Shown in pieces: positions 44,270 to 58,261 of a stretch of DNA of 64,000 nt. Numbering within the stretch: position 1 is the stretch's first letter; the number at the start of each line of letters is the position of its first letter. Source of the stretch: Octopus sinensis. Its lineage: Eukaryota. The translations under genes were made by a program, and so were the position numbers. Under the pieces are notes generated by a model. It ran no database searches. It saw only the letters and a list, made by a program, of their open reading frames with translations, and was not told the DNA's origin. The stretch covers positions 93,434,001-93,498,000 of the forward strand of contig NC_043005.1 in assembly GCF_006345805.1 (NCBI RefSeq), in the 5' to 3' direction.

Positions 44270-45189
44270 ACATAAAATACAAAATACAAAGTTATATCTT
44301 GATATCGCTAGTGATAACAATACTCAAAATATATAACAGACTGGAATTGTAGGCCCGTCTCTTGCAATTTCGATCAATTGTATCTTGTCCTCCCACTTGT
44401 ATAGAAGTGTGGCTACAATCCAGCCTACCTCTACTTCTGGGGGGACATTTTTAATTTTTATCCGGGACATCCTACGTCCCAGATATAAAGGTAAAAATAA
44501 AATATTTCCACTTTGCAATGTTCGAGTCGAGTACTCCCTTGCACGCTCCGTTGACTCGAACCTTGCTTCTATTGTGGCGAATTTACCGCCTCTGATTAGA
44601 TATCTTTCATAGTCGCACCAAGACACTTTTCGATGGTGCTTTCCTCCAGGTGTTCAAATCTTTTTTTTTTCTTCTCTATATTGTATACTTTATAGACAAT
44701 AGTCTTTTCTTTAATTTAATTTTTTAATTCGTTTGGTGGTGTTATCCTAGATCCCCCGTCTGTGTCGGTGATCAATCCGAAATAGGTTTGTATTTCTTCC
44801 ATTTTAATTTTAATGAGTTCGCGCCCGCCGACGGCTGCAGCGAAATTCATTTTTGGACTTTCTTCTATCGAAGGCATTCTAACAAAAATGCTTCCGTGTA
44901 AACGGTGAGAATATTGTCAATTTCCCCAAACAGGGACACAATTCAATTTTTAAACAATAACCAAAGCTCTTTCACCCAAAGGGGGAGGGTTACGGTCTAC
45001 AATTATTTAACAAATGCAACACAACAACGTTTCCCTTACGAGGAACCAACAAACGTGATAACAATAGTTAAACAGTAATAATAATAACAACAAACATTAC
45101 GGTGAATCAAAAAGCAGTACGCAGTTGAAGCTATAGTCCTTTATGTATAAGAAATAAACCAACAGCAGTACTCAGTAGAAGCGGCTGTG
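44270..45189 (-). mobile_element. 5' part (UTR + ORF1 remnant) of an L1/Tx1-like element
   Basis: YLIRGGKFATIEARF is homologous to YINRGKRFGTVEVRF at ~47500-47550; shares the terminal motif CAGCCGCTTCTACTG with 48127-48141. Confidence 0.65.
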
Positions 45190-45190
45190 A

Positions 45191-48145
45191 TTTTTTTATT
45201 ACCCACAAGGGGCGAACAAAGAGGGGACAACACAATCTGATTTGGGGCCAGATTTACGAATGGTTTTACATAGATGATGAATTTAAAAATTTTAACACAT
45301 AATTACGAATCACAATAAAAACGAAAAAATCGGATGATGGGACAGACCGGAAGACATTACGGATGGAATGGGGGGCGAGTTTAGCTCGGACCCTACGATC
45401 TCCACCTCGCTGCTGATACCTAGGTTTCATCATGTCCCACATTTATGCGGTACCATTCATACGCAACATCTGTGCTACATTCTTCCATCGTTTTTCGAAC
45501 ACTTTCTCAGTCAGGCATTTTCTCTCCAGCCCTATTTTCCTTTTCAGGTAGAAGATGAAGTAATTCATCAATCCAGGGCCAGAGATGAAATTGCCTGACT
45601 CTATACCTTTCAGCCTCGTCTTCCAAATCACCTCACTCGCGATTGCAACTACATCGAGAAAACAATTCCTACCTTCTTTCGAGAGGAAATCCGGTGGGTC
45701 AATTTTTACAATAGACTCAGTCGACAGCTGTACTCTTCGTGTGTTTGACAACAGTTGTTCGGCATAAACCCACACCTTTGACACCTCCGAACATTGAACA
45801 ATAGCATGCGGGACGGTTTCCCTATCCCGCTCGCATCTTGGACATGTCGGATTGCCTCGGCCACCATGTCTTGCGAGTTTGTCCCGAACAGGTAGAGCTC
45901 CTCTGTAACATTGCCATGCCAGATACTTCTGAAAGTTGTCCAGGGTCTTCGGCCCGAATGTACGTCGGAACAGACTGGCCAGCTGATTATCATCGAGACC
46001 TAGGGTTTCCCCTAAAGTATCGTCACATTCCGCCTCTACCAGCCCTCTATAAAAGAAGGTGGTGGAACCCCCACCACAGACGTTGCCCGAGCGACGGAAT
46101 AGCAGGAGAACCTTGCGACACTCCGTAAACCATGTGCCCGGTTTTGATCTTCGATTCAACTAGGTTTCCCATCCACCGAAACTAGTAAACTTGGGAAACA
46201 TCAGTTTTGCCAATGGAGACCACACCCGTTCACCATCCAGGTAGAGCCACAGATGCCTCAACCTCAGCGCATGTCTGCGCATCAACAGCCAAGGCATCCC
46301 TAGCCCACCCTTTAATGGTTGTTGACAGCAAGTAGAGCGTTTCACAAGCGGTTTCGAGCCCCTCCACAAAGAGTGAAAGAGCTGTCTTTCCAGCTTGATC
46401 AACCACGAATCAGGGCAAGGAACGACAGATAGGCGGTAGGTGATGACCGATGCGATAAACACATTGGCTACCTCCGCCCTTCCTTTCAGGGATAGCCACC
46501 GCCAAGACCAGGTCTTGACTACTGCAGCCACTCTGCTCGATACCTCGGCCCAGTTCTTCTCTATTTGGAGGTCTGGTCCAAACCAAACCCCTAACAACTT
46601 AATCGGACCCTCAGTCCAACGTCCCACGACGCTGTCAGGAGGCATCCAGGTGCCGAGCTGCAAGCCGACTGACTTTTCACGATTAACTTTTGCTCCTGCT
46701 ACCGTCTCGTAAACCTCTATGGCCTTGCCTACCCTCTGTAGGTGATCCATCATCGGTTACGATGACGGTGATGTCATCCGCGTAAGCTGACTGTCTCGGG
46801 ATGCCGCTCAATTTTCGCAGTAATGGCTCAAGAGCAATCACGGGGAGAACGGACACCCTTGACGAACCGAGCGTTTGATGCTGAACGTCGTTCACCCGAA
46901 CTACCGAGTCGATGTTGTCGTAAATCTGAATGATCCACCTGAGGAAGCCAAGACCCAGGCTGAACTGTGCCAGAATGGACACCAGGTAGCGAAGCGATGG
47001 TCAACCCTATCAAAAGCCTTAGATTGGTCTAAATGGACCAGTGCCCCACCCTTGCCAGAATCACTATTAAACCCCTCTAAAGTGTACCGCATAAGATGGA
47101 GATTATCCTGAATTGTTCTGCCGAGAATAGCACATGTCTGTGCCTCCCCGATCAGACCGTCCGCGACACGCGCCAATCTTTTCGATAACACTTTGGCCAA
47201 AATCTTCAACTCTGTGTTTAGCAGAGTGATGGGCCGAAAATTATCAATACAATCCCCCTTGTCCGTGTCCTTTCTGACAAGCGTCACTACTCCCCCGCGC
47301 ACAGATCTGGGAATAAACCCGTTCTGCTGCCAGTTCGCGTAGACCTCCGCCAGTAGGTGTCCGAACAAGTCTGGCATACTCTTACATAACTCATAGGGTA
47401 GACCATCCAGTCCTGGCGCCTTACCTGCGCTGAAGTCCGCCATAGCCTCAGCCACATCCCCAGGCGTGATCGGCCCTTCACAGCTCTCCGCGTCTCGCCC
47501 CGTTCTAAATCTCACCTCCACTGTTCCAAATCTTTTGCCTCGGTTTATGTACGTTATCTCCGACCATATTTGTTTCAAACATTTTTCAATTTTCTTTTCC
47601 TCCACTCTTTGTATCATCTTTTTTTATAACGCTATACGACTTGTAAATAATTCTCCTTTTGTTCACTGCTTCGGTTGTGTTCTCGTTCGATATTACTATG
47701 ATTTCCGTGCCTTCTTTCTTCAAGTTTGACATATATTTTTCCAGGTTACTCTTTTCGATATTTAGTTTTCTCTCCTTCTTCCCTGCTACTTCAGCAAATT
47801 TCTTCGTTGGGGCTGCGTTCTTTTTAGGCGATACCGCCGGTGAGTTTTCTTCACCTGACACAGGTGAGTATGGAATGGGAGTTTCCATTTCCACAAAGTT
47901 GGCTTTCAACAAGCAAAACTTTTGGCTTAAACAAGCCTTTCACAAAAATTGGCTTAACAAGCCTTTCGCACAGGTTTGCTTTACAGCTACACAATAATTC
48001 CTCCGCAGGGGGGAATTTCAACACGTAGCTTTCAAACGAAAGCAAATAAGTTTTTCACAACAAAGAGTAACAAAATTTACAGTAACAACAACAAATCAAC
48101 GTACCGATAGCAGAATTTCAAACAGCAGTAGAAGCGGCTGTTCGA
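45191..48145 (-). mobile_element. Internally deleted L1/Tx1-clade LINE
   Basis: ORF1 N-terminus fused in frame to RT (KAPGLDGLPYE, NFRPITLLNTELKILAKVL, LDQSKAFDRVDH, AYADD); IKLLGVWFG, GGLGMP and a CPRC..ETVPHAIVQC knuckle; 3' A-tail at 45191-45197. Confidence 0.92.
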
Positions 48146-48192
48146 GAAAACAGACATTACATACAGCCAAACTTCATATAGATACTTAATGC

Positions 48193-48729
48193 TAGCTATT
48201 TAGCAGATAATCTAATATAAAAGCCATGGTAAACGGTATGTACACAGCTCCATCTGGACTATTCCATTTCTGCACGCTAATTTTATTTTTAATTTATTCT
48301 CATTCATGTGAAACCACTTATTCAAGTTCAAGTCAGTGATGCAATTTTATACCAATTGCTATTTTTACTTTTGTTATGTTACGATTATATTATACTTTAG
48401 TTTGATTTTAATTATTACTTACTACATATAATTCAATTGTTATTATTATCTCTAATTTTTATTGTTAAAGTGAAAGTATCTGACACAAAATAGAGAAATG
48501 GTTTTGTTTCACTTTTAACACGTAATACTGAAATAGTGGAGAAGATATGATATTGCTATGGGCTCGCCCTAGGCAAGAAGTTGAACATTTTTTTTGCCCA
48601 TGAAACTACATGGACCCTAAGTAAGGCATGTATAAAATTTGAATGATATTGGTTGTGTAGTTCTCAAGTTTTAGGGAAACATACAGACAGACAGACAGAC
48701 ACACATTCTCAGTTTTATATAGAGAGAGA
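48193..48729 (-). mobile_element. Non-autonomous Helitron-like element
   Basis: The minus strand starts TCTCTCTCTATATAAAACTGAGAATG(TGTC)n..., a typical 5' end; putative CTAG end near 48195. Confidence 0.5.
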
Positions 48730-50064
48730 TTAGAGAACTGAGGCCAGTATCTGTTAGGGGTAGGGCTGAGTCATCATAGTTGGTATAGACATAAAAATCA
48801 AGATTTATTAGAAGCAATATCATGAGGTTTGATAAAGGAAAACTTAAAACAATAGCTGTCAATTAAGGGGGTCACCCACTAACAAAACCATAACAAAACA
48901 AAGGAAGTCATATCATGTAGTACTATAGTTAAATATTTTAAACAATGTTGCTATACAGTTAAAGTTTAGGGTTATTCAGAGGATTATTAAGAAGAATATT
49001 ATAACAAAAAGATAGAAATTTATGAATACTTTTGAGTATATTCTAAACTTTTACCACAATAGAGGGAGGAAAAGAAATTTTCCAGAAATAGTTTAATATT
49101 TATACATATTGTACACTTAAATACTAACTCATCAGATGGTATCTGGGAATATTGATTAATTGGTATATACTGGTATTAATAAAGGAGTATTGAAGTAAAA
49201 GAACATGCTAATTATATATTAATAAAATTATAATCTAAGCAGTTTTTTATAAGTAGTGAATATACCAGTGTAATTTTATATAAGCTAAGTATGAATTTAT
49301 AGAGATACAAAAATTAGATTAATTTTATAAATAGATAAAGGCTAATTATAAAATAATAAAGAAATAAAATAAAATAATCAAGTAGGGCAGAACACCATAG
49401 AAAAGAAAAGAAAATAGCTTAATTACTAATACTGTGGTAAAGAATATGTAGCATATTAACACCAATAGAGAAGATTTTTAGAAAAAGTATAAAAATTCAA
49501 AATATATTAGACTAAAAATTATATATTTACTTATTTAACTAATATCAATAAAAGACTGATGTCTGGTATCAGCTAGAGGAATATGTAAGTTATGGAACAA
49601 TCATATTTTACACTAATCTTTTTTTAAAAAACTAAGGCTTATATTATTGGTTTAAGAAGTTATTATTGTTACTCCCTACATGATATTTATAGCTTCTTAG
49701 TGGTACTTGTTTAGAAGGGTTATTCTAAAGGCCCTTATAAATACTAAGATCAGGAGGGTAGAGCCATTTAAGAAAGAGATAAATCAAGTAATTTCTAAAG
49801 ATCCTGTCAAATAATATTATTGTATTGTATAAAGTTAAAATTTAGGGTAATCAAGAAGATTATTAAGAATGAAATTTTAACAAAAGGATAAAACTTCTTT
49901 GAATATTTTGAGTAGATACCAAATTTTACCACAATAGAGGGAGGAAAAGAAAATTGCAAAGAAATAGTTTAATATTTATTTACTTATTACTTATCTAAAT
50001 AGTAACTTATTATATGGTTTCTATGGAGATTGATCACTTGGGTTTAACTGGTATTTATCACTCA

Positions 50065-50222
50065 TCATCATCATCATCATCATTTAACGTCCGTTTTCCA
50101 TGCTAGCATGGGTTGGACGGTTCGACTGGGGTCTGGAAAGCCAGGAGGCTGCACCAGGCTCTAGTCTGATCTGGCATTGTTTCTACAGCTGGATGCCCTT
50201 CCTAACGCCAACCACTCCATGA
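50065..50222 (-). mobile_element. SINE 3' fragment with (GAT)n tail
   Basis: (CAT)n-TTAACGTCCGTTTTCCATGC...GGATGCCCTTCCTAACGCCAACC forms a GC-rich island inside the AT-rich block. Confidence 0.7.
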
Positions 50223-51620
50223 GTAAACCATAATAAAATATCCATACCTTATTAACATCGATAACAAATATTAATAGAAAATGTATAATAGTATTATAGT
50301 ATTATAGTATTATAGTATTATAGTATATAATAGTATTATGAGTTAAAAATTGTTAATTAACTTATTTAGCTAACTATAATCAAGACTAAAACCCGGTATT
50401 GGTTAAAAGAATAATTGTTGTTAAAAGGACATGCTAAATATATACTAATATTAAATTAAGAGGTATAATATAGATTTCAAAAGTTATTTGTGTTAATCCA
50501 TAAATGGTATTACAGTTTCTTAGGGGTACTTAATTAGAAGGGCTGCTTGTATAAAGCTAATATAAATACCAAAATTAAGAGGACGGAACAATTTAAGAAA
50601 GAGATAAAAAAAACTTTGTTACTTAACACTCTCAGTTTTTATTGTGTAAGTAATTATATAAAGAAAGCAAAATAGATAAGGTTGACATCTCTAAAAGTGA
50701 ATCATTGTCCTACACTACCACGCCTGATGGCCTTGCAGTATTTTCTGTGGTCGATTGACCTTTATAAATAAAAACAAGTCATGTGAGTTCTTAGATGAAT
50801 TATAATGACCCAGACTGTGATTAACTGCGTGTTTTCGTCTTTTGTTTTTGGTTTTTGCGTTGTTTCACCAAACAAATGAGAGAATCACTTTCTCGGTGCA
50901 ACTCTAGTCTACCATATTTTAATTTCTTTCGGAAAAACAACAACATCTATTCTCAGTGCTTAACGAATAGGGCCGATGGACCCCAAAACATAGAACTCTG
51001 TCACTGATTCGGACTGAACTTATGACCCATGAGCAAGTATGCCGTCAATGGTTTTGCCTCTGCAACAACAAAGTCAATACTAAATTAATGCGTTTGTAGT
51101 TTTTGATGTTGTTGTTCCTGCAGCTGCTGCTGCTGTTGTTGTTGTTGTTGTTGTTGCTGTTGTTATTGTTGTTTGGCTCAAGATAATCTTTTAGCGTATA
51201 TCTTGTAGTACATTATCAAACATCTCCTTCCTTTTAAAGATAGGGATAGTGACATTTGACAGCTACTTCAAGTAAGTTGAGTGACCGTAAATAAGATCCC
51301 TCTTTGGCTCAAAACTGGTGATGTTAATGAACAGAACCAGCAACAAGTGACAGCAATGGTGTCAGTAATGCACTGATAAACAAAATGTGATGAAGCATTT
51401 TTTAAAAATCAATATCCTGGTGCAGAATAAGAGGAACTAAATTAATTTAGAGATCCTCTTTGAGATACAGTTCAGATTTCCAGTTGAAACCTTTTCATTT
51501 CTTAGTGTATTTTAGGATGATCATTTTGTTTTTCTGTGTTGCCAAGTAAACACACGCACTATATATCTTTTTTCACTTGTTTATCACTGTTTTTATTTTA
51601 TTATTTTAACTCATGTCCAT

Positions 51621-51665
51621 TGTCCGGAAATCTTTCGACACATATCTGTGACCTCTTCAGTGACA
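51621..51665 (-). ncRNA. Hammerhead-like motif (imperfect stems)
   Basis: UGUCA-CUGAAGA-G-GUCACA[GAUA]UGUGUC-GAAA-GAUU-UC-CGGACA. Confidence 0.5.
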
Positions 51666-52229
51666 CTTTTTGTTTTCGCATGTGCTCTTACTCCACTTAC
51701 TCCATTCTGTTCTTCTAAGATGTGTATCCTTATGTGTACTTGCGTTTGTGTCTTTGTGTGTGTGTGTGTGTGTGTGCATGCATGTGTATGTGTGTGTGTA
51801 TACTTATATGTGTGTCATAGTTTTTAGCAGTAGTGTGGTCTTCCCTTTGCCCCATCCTTTCACCCCATTGTGCTGCTGCTGTCCTAAGACCCCAAAATAT
51901 GGTACAGTTCCTGTATTCCTCTGTGTATGTGTGTTCGCCTACGGTGTTACGATTGTGGTAGCTGTTATTGTTATTGCTACCATTGTCACCACCACTGCTG
52001 CTGTTGTTGTTAATCGTGTTGTTGGCATTGTAATGGCTGTCCATGAAATTTCTTATGAGTGATAATAATAATAATGATAATGATAATGATGATGATGATA
52101 ATGATAATAATAATAATAATAATAATAAACAATAAACACTAACAATACTCACTGTGACTTTTGTTGTTTTTGTATTGATTTGCTTATATATATATAATGA
52201 CAGGGAACAAGAATTACGTAACTAATTTC

Positions 52230-52316
52230 ATTAGTTTACAGCTGTTTCTGCTACAAGGAGAAGTGCACTCAGAGCTGAGTGCTGGTGCAATTTCTTATAG
52301 CTTCCTCAGAGCCATT
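52230..52316 (-). ncRNA. Hammerhead motif with long stem II (stem I degenerate)
   Basis: CUGAGGA-A-GCUAUAAG...CUUGUAGC-A-GAAA-CAGCUG-UA; same CAGCUG palindrome as at 22959. Confidence 0.55.
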
Positions 52317-52375
52317 AAAATGAAGTATATGCTTATTTCGGAAAGCATTTAAATACATACAAAAAACTACCTTCG

Positions 52376-52441
<66 letters not shown>

Positions 52442-52498
52442 TACATATATGTCTATGTGTGTGTAAATGATATATATACATATATACATATATATATT

Positions 52499-52543
<45 letters not shown>

Positions 52544-53559
52544 CAAATTTTTCCTTTCTCACTCTCTCCCTCATTCTATTTATAAGCGTGCGTTTGTTTG
52601 TGTATACACACATACACACACTCACACACACACATACACACACTCACACACACACATACACACAAGCAAAGCAATATGCTGTAAGGCAGGTGTGTGTGTG
52701 TGTGATTGAAGAGATAAACTGGTGAACTGAGTCTGAGACATTGTTTCGGTTTCCATTTGAAGTCAGTTTTTTTTTTATTTATATTTCTGTGCATGTAATA
52801 CCCTTGAAAAAGATATGGACGCCATACCATCTCATTTCAGTCCCAATACAAAGTAGAGGTTTTATTCCTAGCTAAAAAAAAGAATCGCAGTTCCAGTGGG
52901 TGTCGAGAATTAATAGCAAACAGAATGTAACAGAATTAGAAACTGTTAGCCGTGGGGTTCTTCCCCTGCCACCGCCCCCTGTCTTTGTTCTCTTTTGTGG
53001 ATTTAGAGAAAACCTAATATTGCTTGTTTATCTAGACTGGCTTCACAACTGAAACCTTGCACTGTGAAAACACAGTTGCCAAGAGGAAGGAATATCATGC
53101 AGAGAGAATATAGAAGATGTAGGTTTGATTGGTAAGCAAGGACAAACAGATGTTTATATAGTTTTAGAAAGTCTTGCAGAATGTTGTAACATGTTTATAT
53201 AGTTGTAACAATATGTTGGAGCATATTGTTGGGACTAGATTACAGACCTTAGTGGTGACTTGTGCAGAGTAAATGGAGCGACATTTGGTTTAAAATCATA
53301 CAAACTCATGATGAAGAGAGTTAATAAAAGACCTAATTAAAAACAATTTTTAGTTATTAACATTCGATATAATGGACATTAATTATAAAATATTAAATTA
53401 ATAATTGACTGAATTGAGTAGCCTCATTATTCGGTTCACAAGGGAACTAAGTCAAGGAAGTTAATATTTATCTTTGCCCAATGATTTAATAGTTATTCTG
53501 AATAAATCAAAATTTGATCCCTAGCACTGACCTTAAGCCTGTAGTTTTACGTTGGATTA

Positions 53560-54370
53560 TGGGTCCTCAATTTTAATACAATTATTTAATACTTGGTTCC
53601 AAAGAAAATTTCTCTGAAGCTTTGCTTCCTTTAAAGAATTTTAAAGAATTTCCTTTAAAGAGAATTTCGCACAAGATCAACAATTTTTCAAGTTTATCAA
53701 AACAGAAGGCCCAAAGTTGGATTGTGTGTATGATTGACTCAATGTTTCCTTGATATGAGTAGCACTGGAGATTTTTTTTTCTGTTTAAAAAGACAAGATT
53801 GATATGGCCCCATTGAAAGTTGCTCTCGAGATTTCCATTCATGAGACTGAAGTATGTTTGAAGCATAGTTTCTAAGTTGTGTGGATGATGAAAGAGTAGC
53901 AAAAGTCGGGGGGAAATGAAGGATCATACTGCATAAAAAGTAGGCGTTGTTGGATGTGGTGGCAGGTAGAGCATTATGTAAAGTAGGGAGAGAAGGACAA
54001 AGCCGGATACTGGAAAATACCAGAGTTGACTGAGAGTGGGCAAGACAGAGCTCTATTAACATATGCCACAGTTGTGCCACCTGCTAAGATGCTGTCGATT
54101 CAAGAGATGAAATGGATGGAGCTAGTAGATGGGAAGCTTTGACAGGGGTTCCGCATGTCTGATACGGTCGAAGGTTTTGTTGAGTCTAAGACAACAAGAT
54201 TGCTTTCTCTAAAGTGGAAACTGACTGGTGAGTGACATAAGAGAGGAAGTCTCCAGATGATATAACTCTGCCTAAGTCATATTGATGATCACAGAGAAGA
54301 GAAAGATTCAAGCTATTCGAAGATGTCATTTTTTGTAAATGGTTGTCTCTGTTCAACAGCAAACAGAAAA
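53560..54370 (-). pseudogene. CR1/Jockey-group LINE RT remnant
   Basis: Heavily degenerate LLCDHQY...SSGDFLSYVTH and VVLD..K.FDRI.H...SKLP motifs. Confidence 0.6.
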
Positions 54371-56011
54371 AGTTTTGCTTCCATGGCAGAATAAACAATA
54401 CTACATGGTGGCTCACGAAAAAGCAGCCCGAGTTCTGTAGCAAAGTGTAAATATAGAAATACATTTACAAGTGCTGGAATGAGTGTAGCTCACCATTAGC
54501 AAAGCTATTCAGAAGCCACATGCAGTAATTTACTCGTTTGCTCTTTTAATTATTCACTTTTAATTGCTGTACACACGTGAAACCACATAGCTTCAACTTT
54601 AGACTTTTCAACACCTGCTGCCATGACCTCCTGCTTATGTGAGACTGCTAGGCCAGTTTACATGTAGACCTCTTTGGACTTTGAGTAATCCTTTGGCGAA
54701 TGTCCTGAGGAACTTCCGGCGTTCGAACTGTATGGTGTTTGTTTTGGGGCACTGTGCACAGACTATGTAGTGCGCCACTTCTTAACCAACTTTTATACCC
54801 CTCTCTTTGCCGGTGATCCTTTTCCCGAAAAATTTGGCTTCAAAAATTTCATGCGTTTGCTTAACAGAACCCGTTCCCATACACACTCCCACAGTCGCCA
54901 TTCTTTCCACTATTGAGTTCGTCATCTTGCAGAAAAGACTACAGATGTTTACTTAATTACTCTCACAATCAACTAATGCCATGGGGATAATTTAGCAAAC
55001 AGTCGACGAGGGCGCCATCTTTGTTCAGCAGTGACAAGTGGTCGAAATAACACAATGACACTTGCATATGAAAGGCTGGCTGCTTTTATGTGTGTGTAAA
55101 TTTATTTCTGTATTGATACTATGTTAGAAAACCCAGGCTGTTTTCGTGTGTCAGTCTGTATATTCCAATCAACCCTTAACAAAATATCCATGTCATTACT
55201 TTGTAAGCTGTTTAGAAACATTTGTAATTTTTTCTTCTTGGATGGAGTTAATTGATTCCATTAAAGCTTTACTAAATAGTGTAACACACATCATGATCTT
55301 TGTACAATATGTGAATTAGATAACTGTTAACGATAGAATGTGAATAAGATACACAGACAAAATGACTAACAACAGAATAATGTGAAAAGCCAACATATCA
55401 GTTGGAAGATGACATTACTTCCTTACATAATTATTCTTTGTTAGGATTTGGGTGTCTAGCGACAACAAAGGAGAAATGTGCTTTTGTGAATAGTTGTTGA
55501 AAAACAATATTTGGGTTTCTGCTGTCAGAAACCGAATAGGTTCATATTCACTGAAAATTAATTTCAGAGCAGAATCTTTTATAAATAAAGACATTTTTTT
55601 AAATGGGAATTATTATTGTCGTGGCTAACATTTAGTCATTTATTTTATTGTTTTCAGTTTTAGTTACCTTCTTAATTTTTACCTTTGAATACAACCAGAC
55701 CTCTTGCGCATTGCACTTTTACCTGCTGAACGTGATACACACGAATAGTTGAGTCTACATACATACCCAATATACATAAATCGCTTTACAAACACACACA
55801 CACACAGTGGAGACCGTTTTCTTTAATCATAGATAATAACCGTTTGAAAACCAGTTATTGTTATGAAAATTAATGATCCCTAAACACTTGATATGCCCAG
55901 CTTTTTGACTCATTATTATCATCAGTAGATTAGGTTAGTGAAATCGACAGGCTTCAGCACAATTCACCACAATAAGTGTCTTCCACAGTTCTTGCAGCAT
56001 GTGTGTGTGTG

Positions 56012-56055
<44 letters not shown>

Positions 56056-56454
56056 TGTATGTGTCTTGTAATGGACTCTCTTGGTTTTAAACGACATATG
56101 AGGAGGATTCCGTGAGATTTTGCTGAGAAAACCTGCACAGATGATGCGCTTATAGTGATCAAATGTTTGTGCAGTACATTACCTCATTCCCCTCATCAAA
56201 TCGACATTGTTTCTACCATATTATCAGATGTCATAGCGATCGCAGAGCCATGTGGAACAAACTATTTTGCTCAAGAACACCACGCACAGCCCAATCCAGA
56301 AATTGAAATCATGAACTTGCATGCAAAACTCTAACCACTTGGCCACAGAACTCAGTTTTCTACAAATATTGTTAAAAATAAATTTGTGGAACAATAATAA
56401 TTACATGTAAATATCTCAAAGTTTCGTGATTTTATATCTTTTATTTTATTATTA

Positions 56455-57665
56455 TTGTCTTCGTACAGCTTCTAATGCTGGAGATGTATTACGGTATCAG
56501 CTGTTCACTACCAGTGAACTAAGGTAATTCCCCTTATTTTTCAAGCATCATCTGTAGTATTCAAGTGGTTCCAAGCAGTACTGTTTTCTGCAAGTGCTCC
56601 ACCCTTGTTTTAGCTCCTATTCGTTCCATGTACTTCTCAAGATTTTTATTCACTGTTCCCAGGGCTCTGACAATTATTGGTACTACTACCACCCTTTTCA
56701 GTGACCACAACTGATTAACCTCCCAAGCTAACCTGTTATATCTATCGACTTTTCTTCCTTCCTTATCAGTTGTCAGCTGGGCATGCTATATCTATGATCC
56801 AGCATCGTTTGCTTTCTTTCTCAATTAATACTATGTCTGGTTTCCTATTCTCTATCTCATGATCGCACTGAATCATAAAATCCTATAAGATCTTTGCATT
56901 ATCATTTTCGATGATGCCTTTGAGTTTGTGTTCATACCACTTTTTTGCTCTGTCAAGTCCGTAATTGTTGCAAAGTGTCCAATGGAGAATCCTTGCTACA
57001 TTGTCATGACGACTCATATTCTTTCTGGGCTAGTGGCGTACATTGAATGGTAATATCACATATGGTTTCACCATTTTTCACTTATCACTTTCAGATGTGT
57101 TGTCTATTCTATATTTGATGTAATTGGTTCTTAGTGCTTGCTCTTGGGCATCACTGATTAGAGCCTCCGTTTCCAGTTTTAAATCACTTTTAGTCATCCA
57201 CAGTCATCAACATCCCTATGAAATTGTCCATGCATTCTTTTCTTTACCCACCTATTTTCAGTTTCATTTGTTTACAATCTCTTGTACAGTGCTTTATCTT
57301 TGCAATCTTTCATCCTACTCAAGCCTGACCTTCTTACTTCTAATAATAGCAGTTCTGTGACATGTTTTACATACCATGATATGTTGTTTTCTTCTGCTCT
57401 AATGCTGTGTTCGCATCCAATCAGTCCTGTCCCTCCTCTTTTTTTGTTTGTTTCATACAGTCTGTCTGCATCACATTTTAGGTGGAGTATCCCATATCTT
57501 GTCAGCAACTTCCTTGTCTTTCCGTCTAAGTTGTTTAGTTCGTCTACTGTCCATGCGAATACCCCCGCGTGAAACCGCCCAGGTGTTGATAACTTCAATC
57601 TTATTCTGTCCGTTTAATTTCGACTTAAATTGTTTTGTCATTTCTTTCTTCATCAATTGATCCAT
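56455..57665 (-). pseudogene. R4/Dong-like LINE 3' half
   Basis: SKLNGQNKIEVINTWAV, WTVDELNNLDGKTRKLLT and DHEIENRKPDIVLIEK...IIDIACPAD; ends in a TAA-rich tract. Confidence 0.87.
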
Positions 57666-58261
57666 TTCCAATATCTCCGGGCTGGCAGAACCGTTAGTGC
57701 GTTGGACGAAATACTTAGCAGCATTTCACCCATTGCTACGTTCTGAGTTCAAATTCCACCGAGATTGACTTTACCTTTCGGGGTCAATAAAATAAATACC
57801 AGTTAAACACTGGAGTCGATGTAATCGATTTAAATTGCTACCCTTGTGGCAAAATTTGAAACCATTGCTTTTTGTTTTGCTTTTTTTTTTTGTAAATATC
57901 GTCTCATAATTTTTAATTAAATGTTTATAACTGGATCAATGGACAAGTAAAATATATTACAAATAAGAAAAAAATCTATCATGCTCGATGGCACAAGCAT
58001 CTATATGCTTTCTAACACTGTGATACATCGCTTTCGACGGCCGATATGCACGTTCACATTTTCGAATTATTGATCTCGCTCTTTTGGTTAAGATCAAAGA
58101 CAAATAATTTTTGTTGAATAAAAAGTTAGAAGTCTCTAGTTAAGAAATATATTAATGGTTTCATCATTCGTTTTCAACGGATGCAACATTCTGTGTAATT
58201 AATAAAGCTGTCACTATGTTTAAACAGGAATAAACTAGCAATGTGTGTACATGTACGTTAT

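Noticed and set aside
48730-50660. Mitochondrial insertion (NUMT) or alternative-code (TAA/TAG=Gln) ORF
   Set aside because: I could not recognise any mitochondrial gene motif. TGA occurs in all three plus frames, and indels between the repeats break any frame.
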